Source: a virus (Duplodnaviria; Caudoviricetes). Taken from it: a stretch of DNA of 27,145 nt. The notes under the pieces are model-generated. The model saw only the letters and a list, made by a program, of their open reading frames with translations. It was not told where the DNA came from and ran no database searches. Shown one piece after another: positions 16,622 through 23,944 of this stretch. Within the stretch, counting starts at the first letter, position 1. The number at the start of each line of letters is the position of its first letter. The stretch spans positions 1 through 27,145 of the IMG/VR virus record IMGVR_UViG_3300044620_000978, one strand, 5' to 3'. The position numbers and the translations under genes are program-made.

Positions 16622-17599
16622 TCAGCCACGCCCAGAAGAGGCTGACCAATGACCAATTCCGCCATTATTAAATAAATACTGGGCTACCTTGAGATTGCAC
16701 TTAGAGTCCAAAAGAACATCAAGATTTCTGCTTCCGCATACATTCCTAGTAACTGTCCTCCACGAAGAGTTGATTTGCAACAACCCATAATCTCTTGTGC
16801 CGTTTGAGTTCTTCTTAGAGACAATCTTTTCTTGGCATCTGCTTTCACGCCACATGATGTACGAAAACTTGCTTACAGGAACAAGACCATGCGCTTTCAG
16901 TTGCTTTTCCCACTGCGGACATCTCTTCACTTCAGCGCCAAGGCCCTGCGATGAAACACGGCCCGAAAGCCCCGCCTCCTGAACTGTAGGAGTCATCCCG
17001 CGGGACTCTCTCCACTCAATCATTCCCTGTTCGGTGAAACGAACATGATTTGGTTTGCGAGTCCGCCAGTTGACGCAATTCTTTCCCCAGTTTTTTGAGT
17101 TTCTCCAACCGATGGCTGGGCGGAAAAAAGGTTTGTTGTTTTCTTTGTCCTCAAGAGTTCTGAATGTGTTGCGGGTTTGGAATCCGAAAAAAGAAATGCG
17201 GTTGGCAACAACAATTTGTTCTTCTTTTGTTGCCTTCTTTGGTGATGTAGCGAATTCCCATCCGCCGTATCCTCGCCATGCGCTTTGAGCAATGCCAAGT
17301 CCACCTGCGTAGTAGCCGCCGTCGTTCCATTTGTGGTTTGTCTCGCACCATGAGACTGCTTCCCAAAACTTTATGGAACCTGCTTTTTTGGTTTTGAGTT
17401 GCTCAGCGAGTTCTGGGTGAATTGTGCTGATGCTTGTTTCGTGGATGCCGAATGACAGCACGGGGCTCTTGACTTTGGCGTCGGGAGTCTCGATTGTTGT
17501 TGTGGCGATGATTGGTGCGCTATGTGCAGTAGTTAGTGGAATTGCGGTTCCAAGTAGAAGTGATGTGGATATGGAAAACAGAGTGATTGTTTTGTTCAT
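16622..17599 (-). CDS. Secreted double lytic transglycosylase: Rpf-like domain plus SLT-like domain
   Basis: Signal peptide; WEAVSWCET...YAGGLG...W..YGG...ATKEEQIVVA; RESRC...DYGLLQINS...CNL..A; GAAGGAG SD at ATG 17599. Confidence 0.85.
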   Translation of the reverse strand: MNKTITLFSISTSLLLGTAIPLTTAHSAPIIATTTIETPDAKVKSPVLSFGIHETSISTIHPELAEQLKTKKAGSIKFWEAVSWCETNHKWNDGGYYAGGLGIAQSAWRGYGGWEFATSPKKATKEEQIVVANRISFFGFQTRNTFRTLEDKENNKPFFRPAIGWRNSKNWGKNCVNWRTRKPNHVRFTEQGMIEWRESRGMTPTVQEAGLSGRVSSQGLGAEVKRCPQWEKQLKAHGLVPVSKFSYIMWRESRCQEKIVSKKNSNGTRDYGLLQINSSWRTVTRNVCGSRNLDVLLDSKCNLKVAQYLFNNGGIGHWSASSGRG

Positions 17600-17811
17600 G
17601 GTTTTCTCCTTCGCTCGGCGGATAAGGAACGCTGTCTGTCGGAAGGTGTTAGGCGCAGACAACGCTTTCTATGTCAAGTAGTCACAAGTTCTAGTTTACC
17701 AACTGTTGGCTTAGAGTTCTAGTGGTTCATACTCTCGGTTGTTAGATACGCTAGGAAACCCCCCGTTTATGGGGGGTTCCCAGCAGAAAAATTGTTAGAT
17801 AATTGGGTGAT

Positions 17812-18093
17812 TTACCAGTTCATTAGGTAACTGGGTGGGTCACGGTCATCGTCGTCATAATCGTCGTCGTCGCCGTTGTTGTCTGAGAAATAATCCAAGC
17901 AGGTCTCAAACCATTCGCTTTTCTTAAAGTCTTCTTCGGTCTTTCCTGCGCCGTCTTCTTCCAGCCATTCAGCAAGGTCTTCCTTGTACAGGTCTGACAC
18001 GATGTACTTTGCGTACTCAGCCTCGTAACGCTGTTCGCCTTCCGATTGCTCTCGGTATGGCTTTTCCAACCATGCGTCATAATCAATGCCCAT
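17812..18093 (-). CDS. Acidic hypothetical protein
   Basis: GAAGGA SD and box promoter. Confidence 0.75.
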   Translation of the reverse strand: MGIDYDAWLEKPYREQSEGEQRYEAEYAKYIVSDLYKEDLAEWLEEDGAGKTEEDFKKSEWFETCLDYFSDNNGDDDDYDDDDRDPPSYLMNW

Positions 18094-18122
18094 TGTTATT
18101 CCTTCCGTTTGGGTATGAGTAC

Positions 18123-18151
18123 ATACTACAGCAGGGGTGTATCAATGTCAA
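18123..18151 (-). promoter_or_regulatory. Box promoter TTGACA-t-TGATACACCC-N6-TAGTAT
   Basis: Box at 18135-18144. Confidence 0.8.
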
Positions 18152-18174
18152 GCATTACAAAAAGATTTATCTGA

Positions 18175-18250
18175 TGGTGGGTCACCTGGGATTCGAACCC
18201 AGAACCTGCGGATTAAAAGTCCGTTACTCTAACCATTGAGTTAGTGACCC
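18175..18250 (-). tRNA. tRNA-Lys(UUU)
   Basis: GGGTCAC acceptor, D arm, anticodon loop CT-TTT-AA, GGTTCGAATCC T arm, encoded CCA. Confidence 0.95.
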
Positions 18251-18336
18251 CAGTAGCCCCGCGCCAGCCATTTGCCGTGTCTCACGCGGGGCTGCGGGCA
18301 GTATGGCACGCCCAGAACCAGAAGGCAAATGCGGGC

Positions 18337-18367
18337 AAAAGAAAAGCCCCCACCCGAAGGCAGGGGC
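18337..18367 (-). terminator. Intrinsic terminator
   Basis: GCCCCTGCC-TTCG-GGTGGGGGC-TTTTCTTTT on the minus strand. Confidence 0.8.
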
Positions 18368-18388
18368 AAAACTTTATTTTCCTCTTAT

Positions 18389-18541
18389 TTATTTCTCGCA
18401 CTCCAAGCAGATGACTGCCGACTCTCCAGCATTAGCAGAGGCTACGGCAAACGGTAAGCGAGCATAAACCACTCGTGTTTCATCTGTTGTTATTTCTCCG
18501 CAATCATCACAGAATGTGAAGTCATCCTGTTCGTTTCCCAT
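18389..18541 (-). CDS. Small zinc-finger protein (50 aa, CDDC...CLEC)
   Basis: Box promoter, CCTACTAGAAAAAGGA leader, terminator. Confidence 0.75.
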   Translation of the reverse strand: MGNEQDDFTFCDDCGEITTDETRVVYARLPFAVASANAGESAVICLECEK

Positions 18542-18573
18542 TTTCTATTTTCCTTTTTCTAGTAGGTAATTAC

Positions 18574-18595
18574 ATCTTACTGCAAGGGTGTGTCG
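18574..18595 (-). promoter_or_regulatory. Box promoter CGACACACCC-N6-TAAGAT (no -35)
   Basis: Box at 18586-18595. Confidence 0.75.
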
Positions 18596-18612
18596 GGGTA
18601 ATCCCTGATGGG

Positions 18613-18762
18613 CTAGAAGGGCTGTTCGCCCTCCACCTCACGGAGCAGGTAACCCACTTCCTTATCGGAAAGGTGCTCCAAAGACCGCTTGGTCTCTGCG
18701 TAAGACTCATTCCATATGTTGGAAAGAATCTCAATCTTGTAATCTCGGCTTGCTGTTTTCAT
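18613..18762 (-). CDS. Small hypothetical protein (49 aa, MKTASRDYKIEILSNIW...)
   Basis: AAAGGAG SD; fills the gap. Confidence 0.7.
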   Translation of the reverse strand: MKTASRDYKIEILSNIWNESYAETKRSLEHLSDKEVGYLLREVEGEQPF

Positions 18763-18818
18763 GTTCGCTCCTTTGCGCTTGTACCTATCTAGCGCATGAG
18801 AACAGAAACATTCACGGT

Positions 18819-20735
18819 TTAGGTCAGACCCCGTTGCGTGAAAAGACCTACAAGGGCAGAGCCAAGACTCTCACCGCCAACAACACCACCCTCAGTCGCT
18901 GCGTCCACAATGCTTCGCTTCTTCTCAATCAAGTCGAACATATGTTCGTCAATCGTTCCCTCGCACAGCAGATAGGTCACAACCACGCTTCCCTTCTGTC
19001 CAAGTCGGTGACAGCGTGAATAAGTTTGGTCAAGGTCGCTCGGTGTCCACGGCAGTTCCATGAAAATCACATCTTGCGCCGCCGTCAAAGTGTGCCCAGT
19101 CTTTGCGGCTTGGATGCTCAGCACCATCACGGGAGCAGTCCCGACAGGTTCTTCCTGAAAACGGGACTTACACGCCTCAACATCTTCGATGTCCATTCCC
19201 CCCTGGATTTTTAGATTCCCGAACTTCGCTGCTAATTCATCAACAATGTCTCTGTGGTGTGCGGCGATAACAACTTTTTGTCCAGCCTCGATGTGTTGTT
19301 CGATGATTTCCATTGCTGCTGGCATCTTTGCTTTTGCAGAAAGGCGACGCAAAACAGACATCTCAACAAGTGCTTGGTTGTATTCGGCTTTGATGCGTGC
19401 AAGAACAGCAGCAGATTTTGGTGATTTACCGATTTCTTCAGCGATTCGTCTGGCTTGCTCAACCAGATACTCAACAATGTCGTCCTCGGCTTTTTTGTAT
19501 TCCCGCATCGCCGCATCGGTCCCGCTTACATAAACAGGGTTGTGTCGCACGGGCGGCAGGTCCAGAAGAACTTGTTCCTTGGTGCGGCGGATGTAGCAGT
19601 TTCCACGCAACTTTTCGTTTAGTTCATCCATGTGGCTGTGCCCAGAAATGTTCCATTGACCAAATCTGTCTCGAAATGCACCGCAATACCTTCGGTAAAA
19701 ACCCCAAAGCCCACCGAAATCATCAAGTTTTCCGAGCGCATCGAGTTGCGGTCCGTATTCGGCTGGGCGATTCGTGATTGGAGTCCCAGTCAGGCAAAGA
19801 ACAACTCCGTTCGGCGGGGCTGATTTGGCTATCTTGATGGCTGATTTGGTGCGTTGCGCCGTCGGGGATTTGATGTAGTGGGACTCGTCAAAGACATAAC
19901 CGTTGTGGTTGATGAGTTGTTTCTGCCAAGTTTGTATGTTGGAGTAACCAATTACCAGCACTTCGTATTCGGTGTCTGGGAAGTCTTTGCGGTTTGTAAC
20001 TGTCGCAACCTTTCGGTTGGGTAACCACTTCTCATATTCTTTTGCCCAGTTCAGGACAAGGTTAGGTGGACACACTATAACAGAGGGGTATGTCATGGTT
20101 GTTTCCAGCGTTGCAATCGCCTGAAGAGTTTTTCCAAGTCCCATGTCGTCAGCAATAAAGCATCTTCTGGCTGCCGCTGCGTATTCCACACCTGCTCGTT
20201 GGTAAGGAAGCAATGGAAGCCCCGCCACATCTATGGTTCCTTCTGTAGCGCGGGACTTCTCTACCGACGACTGATGCTTGTTGCGGAGGTCCTGGGATAA
20301 CTGCGCCAGGTCTTCTGGGAGGGTTTCACGAAACTTGCTTGCCCAGTCAATTACTTCGTGGATGGAACTCAGGGGGGCACGCCATGCTTTGGTCTTTGCG
20401 TGCCAAGTTATGCTCGCAATTGTTTTTACGGCTTTGACTTTTACTGGGTCATACGCAAAACTTAGGTAAATCCAGTCGTCTTCTTTGGTGATGCCGAACA
20501 CATTGTTGTCGGGCCTTGGCAAATCAAACAGCAAAACTTCGGTCTCGATGTTAAATCCGTGCTTTGTGGCGTAGTCCCGACTTTCGTTGAGGCTAGTCAT
20601 CGGGACTCTCCAGACTTTTGCGAGTTTGTCCCACTTTGCGCCGTCAATGCGTTTTATTTCTGCGACCTGACTCGCATCGTATGGGAAGTCCAGAATGAGA
20701 TGGTCGTCGTTGAGGAAAAGCCGTGAAGTCGTCAT
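18819..20735 (-). CDS. SNF2-family helicase with two N-terminal HARP-like repeats
   Basis: LPYQ, ADDMGLGKT, DESH, LTGTP, QTYSRCHRLGQ; start MTTSRLF with TATCAT -10 upstream. Confidence 0.92.
   Translation of the reverse strand: MTTSRLFLNDDHLILDFPYDASQVAEIKRIDGAKWDKLAKVWRVPMTSLNESRDYATKHGFNIETEVLLFDLPRPDNNVFGITKEDDWIYLSFAYDPVKVKAVKTIASITWHAKTKAWRAPLSSIHEVIDWASKFRETLPEDLAQLSQDLRNKHQSSVEKSRATEGTIDVAGLPLLPYQRAGVEYAAAARRCFIADDMGLGKTLQAIATLETTMTYPSVIVCPPNLVLNWAKEYEKWLPNRKVATVTNRKDFPDTEYEVLVIGYSNIQTWQKQLINHNGYVFDESHYIKSPTAQRTKSAIKIAKSAPPNGVVLCLTGTPITNRPAEYGPQLDALGKLDDFGGLWGFYRRYCGAFRDRFGQWNISGHSHMDELNEKLRGNCYIRRTKEQVLLDLPPVRHNPVYVSGTDAAMREYKKAEDDIVEYLVEQARRIAEEIGKSPKSAAVLARIKAEYNQALVEMSVLRRLSAKAKMPAAMEIIEQHIEAGQKVVIAAHHRDIVDELAAKFGNLKIQGGMDIEDVEACKSRFQEEPVGTAPVMVLSIQAAKTGHTLTAAQDVIFMELPWTPSDLDQTYSRCHRLGQKGSVVVTYLLCEGTIDEHMFDLIEKKRSIVDAATEGGVVGGESLGSALVGLFTQRGLT
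18935..18948. promoter_or_regulatory. LexA-box match CGAACATATGTTCG inside the helicase 3' end
   Basis: Perfect palindrome, but intragenic (overlaps the EHMF codons). Confidence 0.45.
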
Positions 20736-20770
20736 CGCTTCTGATGATAGTCGCAAAAATCTACAAGTAC

Positions 20771-20790
20771 TGACGGTGGCGTAAAGCGGG
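20771..20790 (+). repeat. 20-bp dispersed repeat TGACGGTGGCGKAWAGCGGG, copy 1
   Basis: Other copies at 22859-22878 and 25982-26001. Confidence 0.85.
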
Positions 20791-20794
20791 GGAA

Positions 20795-20823
20795 TTGGGA
20801 TTGACACACCCCCCTGATATTCT
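20795..20823 (+). promoter_or_regulatory. Box promoter TTGGGA-t-TGACACACCC-N6-TATTCT
   Basis: Box at 20802-20811. Confidence 0.75.
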
Positions 20824-20877
20824 TTGTGTATCGCTTGACAGCCCGTCAAGCCTGACCCACATGAAAGGTGGCTCCCG

Positions 20878-21378
20878 ATGAGCGCAACACTTGCCCCCAT
20901 CTCCGTATCCGAACTCGCAGGCTGGCTTGCCCAGCAGAACTGGTCAGCGTTCGCAATCTCGCTTGCACAGCAGTTTGCTCGCAATGGTCGTCTCTCCGAC
21001 AAGCAGGAGGCTTCGGCTCGCTCCATGTATGAGAAGGCGCAGGCTCGTCAGGCTCAGCGTCAAGTTGAGGCTCCAGCGAACCCTGTGACTGAGGTCGGTA
21101 TGTACATCAACGCTGATGGCGTTGCGTTCCGTGTCAAGCAGTCTAAGGCTGGTCGTCTTTACGCTTCACGCTTCGTTCCTGAGGCTCAGGCTCGTGCTGA
21201 CCGCTTCGTGTACGAAGGTGGTGCGGTGTATCGCTTGGACGCTTCCATGCGCATGACGCTGGAGCAGGCTAAGGCGTTGGGTGCGCAGTACTCGCAGTGT
21301 TGCGTGTGTGGGCGTGACCTCTCCGCTGAGGAATCAGTCGAGGCTGGTATCGGACCCGTCTGCGCAGGACGGCTCTAA
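20878..21378 (+). CDS. DUF6011-like Zn-finger protein
   Basis: CCVCGRDL...S.EAGIGPVCA C-terminus; GAAAGG SD. Confidence 0.85.
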   Translation: MSATLAPISVSELAGWLAQQNWSAFAISLAQQFARNGRLSDKQEASARSMYEKAQARQAQRQVEAPANPVTEVGMYINADGVAFRVKQSKAGRLYASRFVPEAQARADRFVYEGGAVYRLDASMRMTLEQAKALGAQYSQCCVCGRDLSAEESVEAGIGPVCAGRL

Positions 21379-21414
21379 CCCCCCTCTGCGCCCCTCACAC
21401 GGGCGCAACCACTC

Positions 21415-21447
21415 AGACCCTCACCTCACTACGGGGTGGGGGTCTTT
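21415..21447 (+). terminator. Intrinsic terminator
   Basis: AGACCCTCACC...GGTGGGGGTCTTT. Confidence 0.7.
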
Positions 21448-21523
21448 GGCGTTCTAGGGGCAATGTCCGATTATGAGACTGAACACACCTCTATGTGGTT
21501 GTAAGCAAATGAAAGGGCTGACA

Positions 21524-21694
21524 ATGACAACGACATACAACACCGCTATCTGTGCGTATTGCGCAGACGACTACAACCAAATGCAACTCGTCCGTCTCTA
21601 CGGAGAGGAGTTCAGCAACTACTCAGAAGAGAACGCAGACACCTCAGCACTCTGCGCTATCTGCGACCTTCCATGTGGGAGGGCTCGCTTCTAG
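21524..21694 (+). CDS. Small zinc-finger protein (CAYC...CAIC)
   Basis: GAAAGGG SD before ATG 21524. Confidence 0.7.
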   Translation: MTTTYNTAICAYCADDYNQMQLVRLYGEEFSNYSEENADTSALCAICDLPCGRARF

Positions 21695-21761
21695 CCACAC
21701 CACTACGAAGTTTCACAGTATCTGCTTGTATTCCACCCACGCTTCCAGTAAGTTTCATCAA

Positions 21762-21914
21762 ATGCACCCGCTTATCAAATGGTTATTCATAATGCTCTGG
21801 ACTTGCTGGACAATCCTGGTAGTCCCGCCCTGGCTTCTGCCATTTATGGTCGGGGCTTCTGTGTATGCGCTGACTCGTGTTGTTCGTGAGTGGCGTGCAT
21901 GGTCTGAAGAATGA
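21762..21914 (+). CDS. Small membrane protein, leaderless (MHPLIKWLF...)
   Basis: TTGTAT-N17-TAAGTT-N7-ATG; hydrophobic. Confidence 0.65.
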   Translation: MHPLIKWLFIMLWTCWTILVVPPWLLPFMVGASVYALTRVVREWRAWSEE

Positions 21915-21918
21915 CATG

Positions 21919-21946
21919 AAAAAACCCCGCCATTTCTGACGGGGTT
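21919..21946 (-). terminator. Intrinsic terminator
   Basis: AAAAAACCCCGCCA...TGACGGGGTT; near-identical twin at 22884. Confidence 0.75.
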
Positions 21947-21956
21947 CGTTCGGTTG

Positions 21957-22283
21957 TTATTGCCAGCAACTAGCGGTGTAAACCGTGTCGCTTATCTGTT
22001 CGCAATAGACATCGGTTGCTTCGTACTCCACGATGTCATCGCCTCGCCGTTCACCTCTCACGATATGACGGTAACGCCGTACTGTGTAGGTATCCATGAA
22101 GGACAGGGTGACCTCTACCGTGCGGTTGGTGCTACTTGGAAGTGAGATACCGATTACCTCGCCCTCACTATCTCGGATAGCACTCCACTTTCCGCCAGAC
22201 ACTGCACAGACGGTCATAAAACCTATCTGGCTAAGTATTTCCCTAGCGTCACAGTAGCGACCCTCTCGGATGCGCATACTCAT
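21957..22283 (-). CDS. Hypothetical protein
   Basis: Box promoter, CTACTAAAC leader, GAAAGGG SD. Confidence 0.8.
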   Translation of the reverse strand: MSMRIREGRYCDAREILSQIGFMTVCAVSGGKWSAIRDSEGEVIGISLPSSTNRTVEVTLSFMDTYTVRRYRHIVRGERRGDDIVEYEATDVYCEQISDTVYTASCWQ

Positions 22284-22312
22284 ATTTTCCCTTTCGTTTA
22301 GTAGATACGGAC

Positions 22313-22382
22313 ATAATACCTCATGGGTGTATCAGGGTAAAAATTGGTTAGGTTTATCCGTGATACACCTATCTGGCATAAT
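22313..22382. promoter_or_regulatory. Divergent pair of box promoters (minus TGATACACCC-N6-TATTAT; plus TGATACACCT-N6-CATAAT)
   Basis: Boxes at 22325-22334 (-) and 22361-22370 (+). Confidence 0.8.
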
Positions 22383-22432
22383 GGTTGTATCGCACGATTC
22401 CCGTGTGGTTGCTTACTAGAAAAAGGAAAAGC

Positions 22433-22651
22433 ATGACCGTTATCCAGAACCAAGTTCTCACTGTCGGGTTCGGCAAAGAGATTCAGATAGTTGTCACCGA
22501 CAAGGGCAACGACACACTGAACGCTATCGTTACCTTCGGCGCAAAGGTAAAGCGCAAAACCTTCCGAGGCGAAACGGCTCACCACTCAGCACAGCGTTGG
22601 GTGAACGACCTCACTCTCCCCGTCATTCACGGAGCGAAGGACAGCATTTAG
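22433..22651 (+). CDS. Hypothetical protein (MTVIQNQ...)
   Basis: TTACTAGAAAAAGGA leader. Confidence 0.75.
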   Translation: MTVIQNQVLTVGFGKEIQIVVTDKGNDTLNAIVTFGAKVKRKTFRGETAHHSAQRWVNDLTLPVIHGAKDSI

Positions 22652-22673
22652 TCCTCGCCACAAAAACCGAAAC

Positions 22674-22701
22674 AGCCCCTGCCGAAAGGTGGGGGTTTTT
22701 T
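22674..22701 (+). terminator. Intrinsic terminator
   Basis: AGCCCCTGCC-GAAA-GGTGGGGGTT-TTTT. Confidence 0.8.
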
Positions 22702-22738
22702 CATGTCTCAACTCAGCGAAGAAGCCCCGCACTGAATA

Positions 22739-22752
22739 CGAACAAATGTTCG
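22739..22752. promoter_or_regulatory. LexA (SOS) box CGAACAAATGTTCG
   Basis: Perfect consensus overlapping the -35 region of extended -10 TGtTATGCT (22770-22778). Confidence 0.8.
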
Positions 22753-22784
22753 CCTCGGGACTGTTGCCGTGTTATGCTTTTCAT

Positions 22785-22843
22785 TGGGGTGCATCGGGGT
22801 GTTTCCTTCCTTTCTACCCGATGCGCCCCACCTTTCTTTTGTT
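22785..22843 (+). ncRNA. Putative SOS-regulated hairpin sRNA with anti-SD loop
   Basis: 14-bp stem TGGGGTGCATCGGG/CCCGATGCGCCCCA, loop GTGTTTCCTTCCTTTCTA, T-rich tail; starts at the predicted +1. Confidence 0.55.
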
Positions 22844-22858
22844 AAATCCAACAACAAG

Positions 22859-22878
22859 TGACGGTGGCGTATAGCGGG
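22859..22878 (+). repeat. 20-bp dispersed repeat, copy 2
   Basis: TGACGGTGGCGTATAGCGGG. Confidence 0.85.
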
Positions 22879-22883
22879 CATAG

Positions 22884-22909
22884 AAAAACCCCGCCATCGC
22901 TGACGGGGT
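22884..22909 (-). terminator. Intrinsic terminator
   Basis: AAAAACCCCGCCA...TGACGGGGT. Confidence 0.75.
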
Positions 22910-22924
22910 AATTCGTTAGTTTTG

Positions 22925-23116
22925 TTAGAGAACTTCTCGTATCTGAACTTCATGGAAGTACTTGCGGAAAGTTTCTGCCTTTCCTTCTGCTTGACGCTTA
23001 CCGTGAACTCCGTCAAAGATAATCCACTCTGTCGGGTGAAGTGCGAAGTCTCCCCTGAAGATAGGGTCATTATGGTCTAGCGGTAAATGGGCTAGGACTA
23101 TGTACTTTGGGTGCAT
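22925..23116 (-). CDS. Hypothetical protein (63 aa, MHPKYIVL...)
   Basis: CCTACTAGAAAGGAA leader fixes the start at 23116. Confidence 0.75.
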   Translation of the reverse strand: MHPKYIVLAHLPLDHNDPIFRGDFALHPTEWIIFDGVHGKRQAEGKAETFRKYFHEVQIREVL

Positions 23117-23144
23117 AGTGTTCCTTTCTAGTAGGTATGGCATA

Positions 23145-23216
23145 AGTGTACCAAAGGGGTATGTCATAGATAGGTTTATCTAAAGACTTGACATTGACGC
23201 ACCCTTCTGTCATAAT
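23145..23216. promoter_or_regulatory. Divergent pair of box promoters (minus TGACATACCC-N6-TACACT; plus TTGACA-t-TGACGCACCC-N6-CATAAT)
   Basis: Boxes at 23157-23166 (-) and 23195-23204 (+). Confidence 0.8.
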
Positions 23217-23222
23217 GACTCC

Positions 23223-23435
23223 ATGAATTACTTACGCCTAGAAAGAGTCATAGCGCACTTAGAGCGTTATTCTTCGGGTAGCACCTACTACAAAGGTCTA
23301 CTCCGTCAGTACCAATTGCTAGGACGACTCTCTGAGAAACAAATAGCAAGCGTGGAAAGAGCAATGGCGCAGGACGAACAAATGGCGCAGGCGCAGGCAC
23401 GGCGTGAAATTCGTGAATGGAATTCCACCCACTAA
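23223..23435 (+). CDS. Hypothetical protein, leaderless (GRLSEKQ motif)
   Basis: ATG 6 nt after the -10. Confidence 0.75.
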   Translation: MNYLRLERVIAHLERYSSGSTYYKGLLRQYQLLGRLSEKQIASVERAMAQDEQMAQAQARREIREWNSTH

Positions 23436-23438
23436 CCC

Positions 23439-23460
23439 CGACACACCCCTGCGATATAAT
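23439..23460 (+). promoter_or_regulatory. Box promoter CGACACACCC-N6-TATAAT
   Basis: Leader CCTACTAGACAAAGGA at 23470. Confidence 0.8.
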
Positions 23461-23492
23461 AATCGCATACCTACTAGACAAAGGAAAAAATA

Positions 23493-23603
23493 ATGCTTGC
23501 TGATGTAGTAATCACAACTTGGTTCATTGAGGTCTCACTCCTCGTTGTTCTGAGCATCACACTCGGATTCACACTCGGACTAATGGCAACACTGCGAAAG
23601 TAG
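23493..23603 (+). CDS. Small single-pass membrane protein (36 aa)
   Basis: Promoter, leader and terminator; hydrophobic. Confidence 0.7.
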   Translation: MLADVVITTWFIEVSLLVVLSITLGFTLGLMATLRK

Positions 23604-23617
23604 TCCAAGCCAAAGAT

Positions 23618-23651
23618 GCCCCCAGCCAGAAATGGTTGGGGGTTTTTCTTT
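23618..23651 (+). terminator. Intrinsic terminator
   Basis: GCCCCCAGCCA-GAAA-TGGTTGGGGGT-TTTTCTTT. Confidence 0.8.
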
Positions 23652-23668
23652 ACCCCTAAAAGCCCCGC

Positions 23669-23866
23669 CTAGTCAAATAGCCCGACATCGTTGCGGGACT
23701 CTCCGCCTGTTTCTAAACAAATCTTGTGTGCATAGCCGAGCGGGGCTGATGCTTTCGTGATTGTTGTTGTTTGTTTGCCGTTCTTGACGACTGCCCATGC
23801 GATTACTTTGTGGGCTCTTGCTTGCCCTTGACCTATTTCGTTGTCGCATATTTCGCAGATAATCAT
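23669..23866 (-). CDS. Small Zn-binding protein (CEIC...HKIC)
   Basis: 65-aa ORF; TAAACT -10 just upstream. Confidence 0.65.
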   Translation of the reverse strand: MIICEICDNEIGQGQARAHKVIAWAVVKNGKQTTTITKASAPLGYAHKICLETGGESRNDVGLFD

Positions 23867-23916
23867 GACAACAGTTTATCGGGTGAGTATTTTTCACGCA
23901 ACGCTGTGGATAACCT

Positions 23917-23938
23917 TGATACACCCTGCTGTCAAACT
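23917..23938 (+). promoter_or_regulatory. Box promoter TGATACACCC-N6-CAAACT
   Basis: Leaderless ATG at 23945. Confidence 0.7.
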
Positions 23939-23944
23939 ACACAC

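Noticed and set aside
17600-17810. c-di-AMP (ydaO) riboswitch upstream of the Rpf-like gene
   Set aside because: The characteristic conserved segments (GCTGAATC, GGGGAACC...GGGGTGAATC, CCCGTCAGCTAAC) are not present in order
20736-21026. 97-aa N-terminal extension of the SNF2 ORF
   Set aside because: Overlaps the divergent gene and its promoter; the domain begins at MTTSRLF
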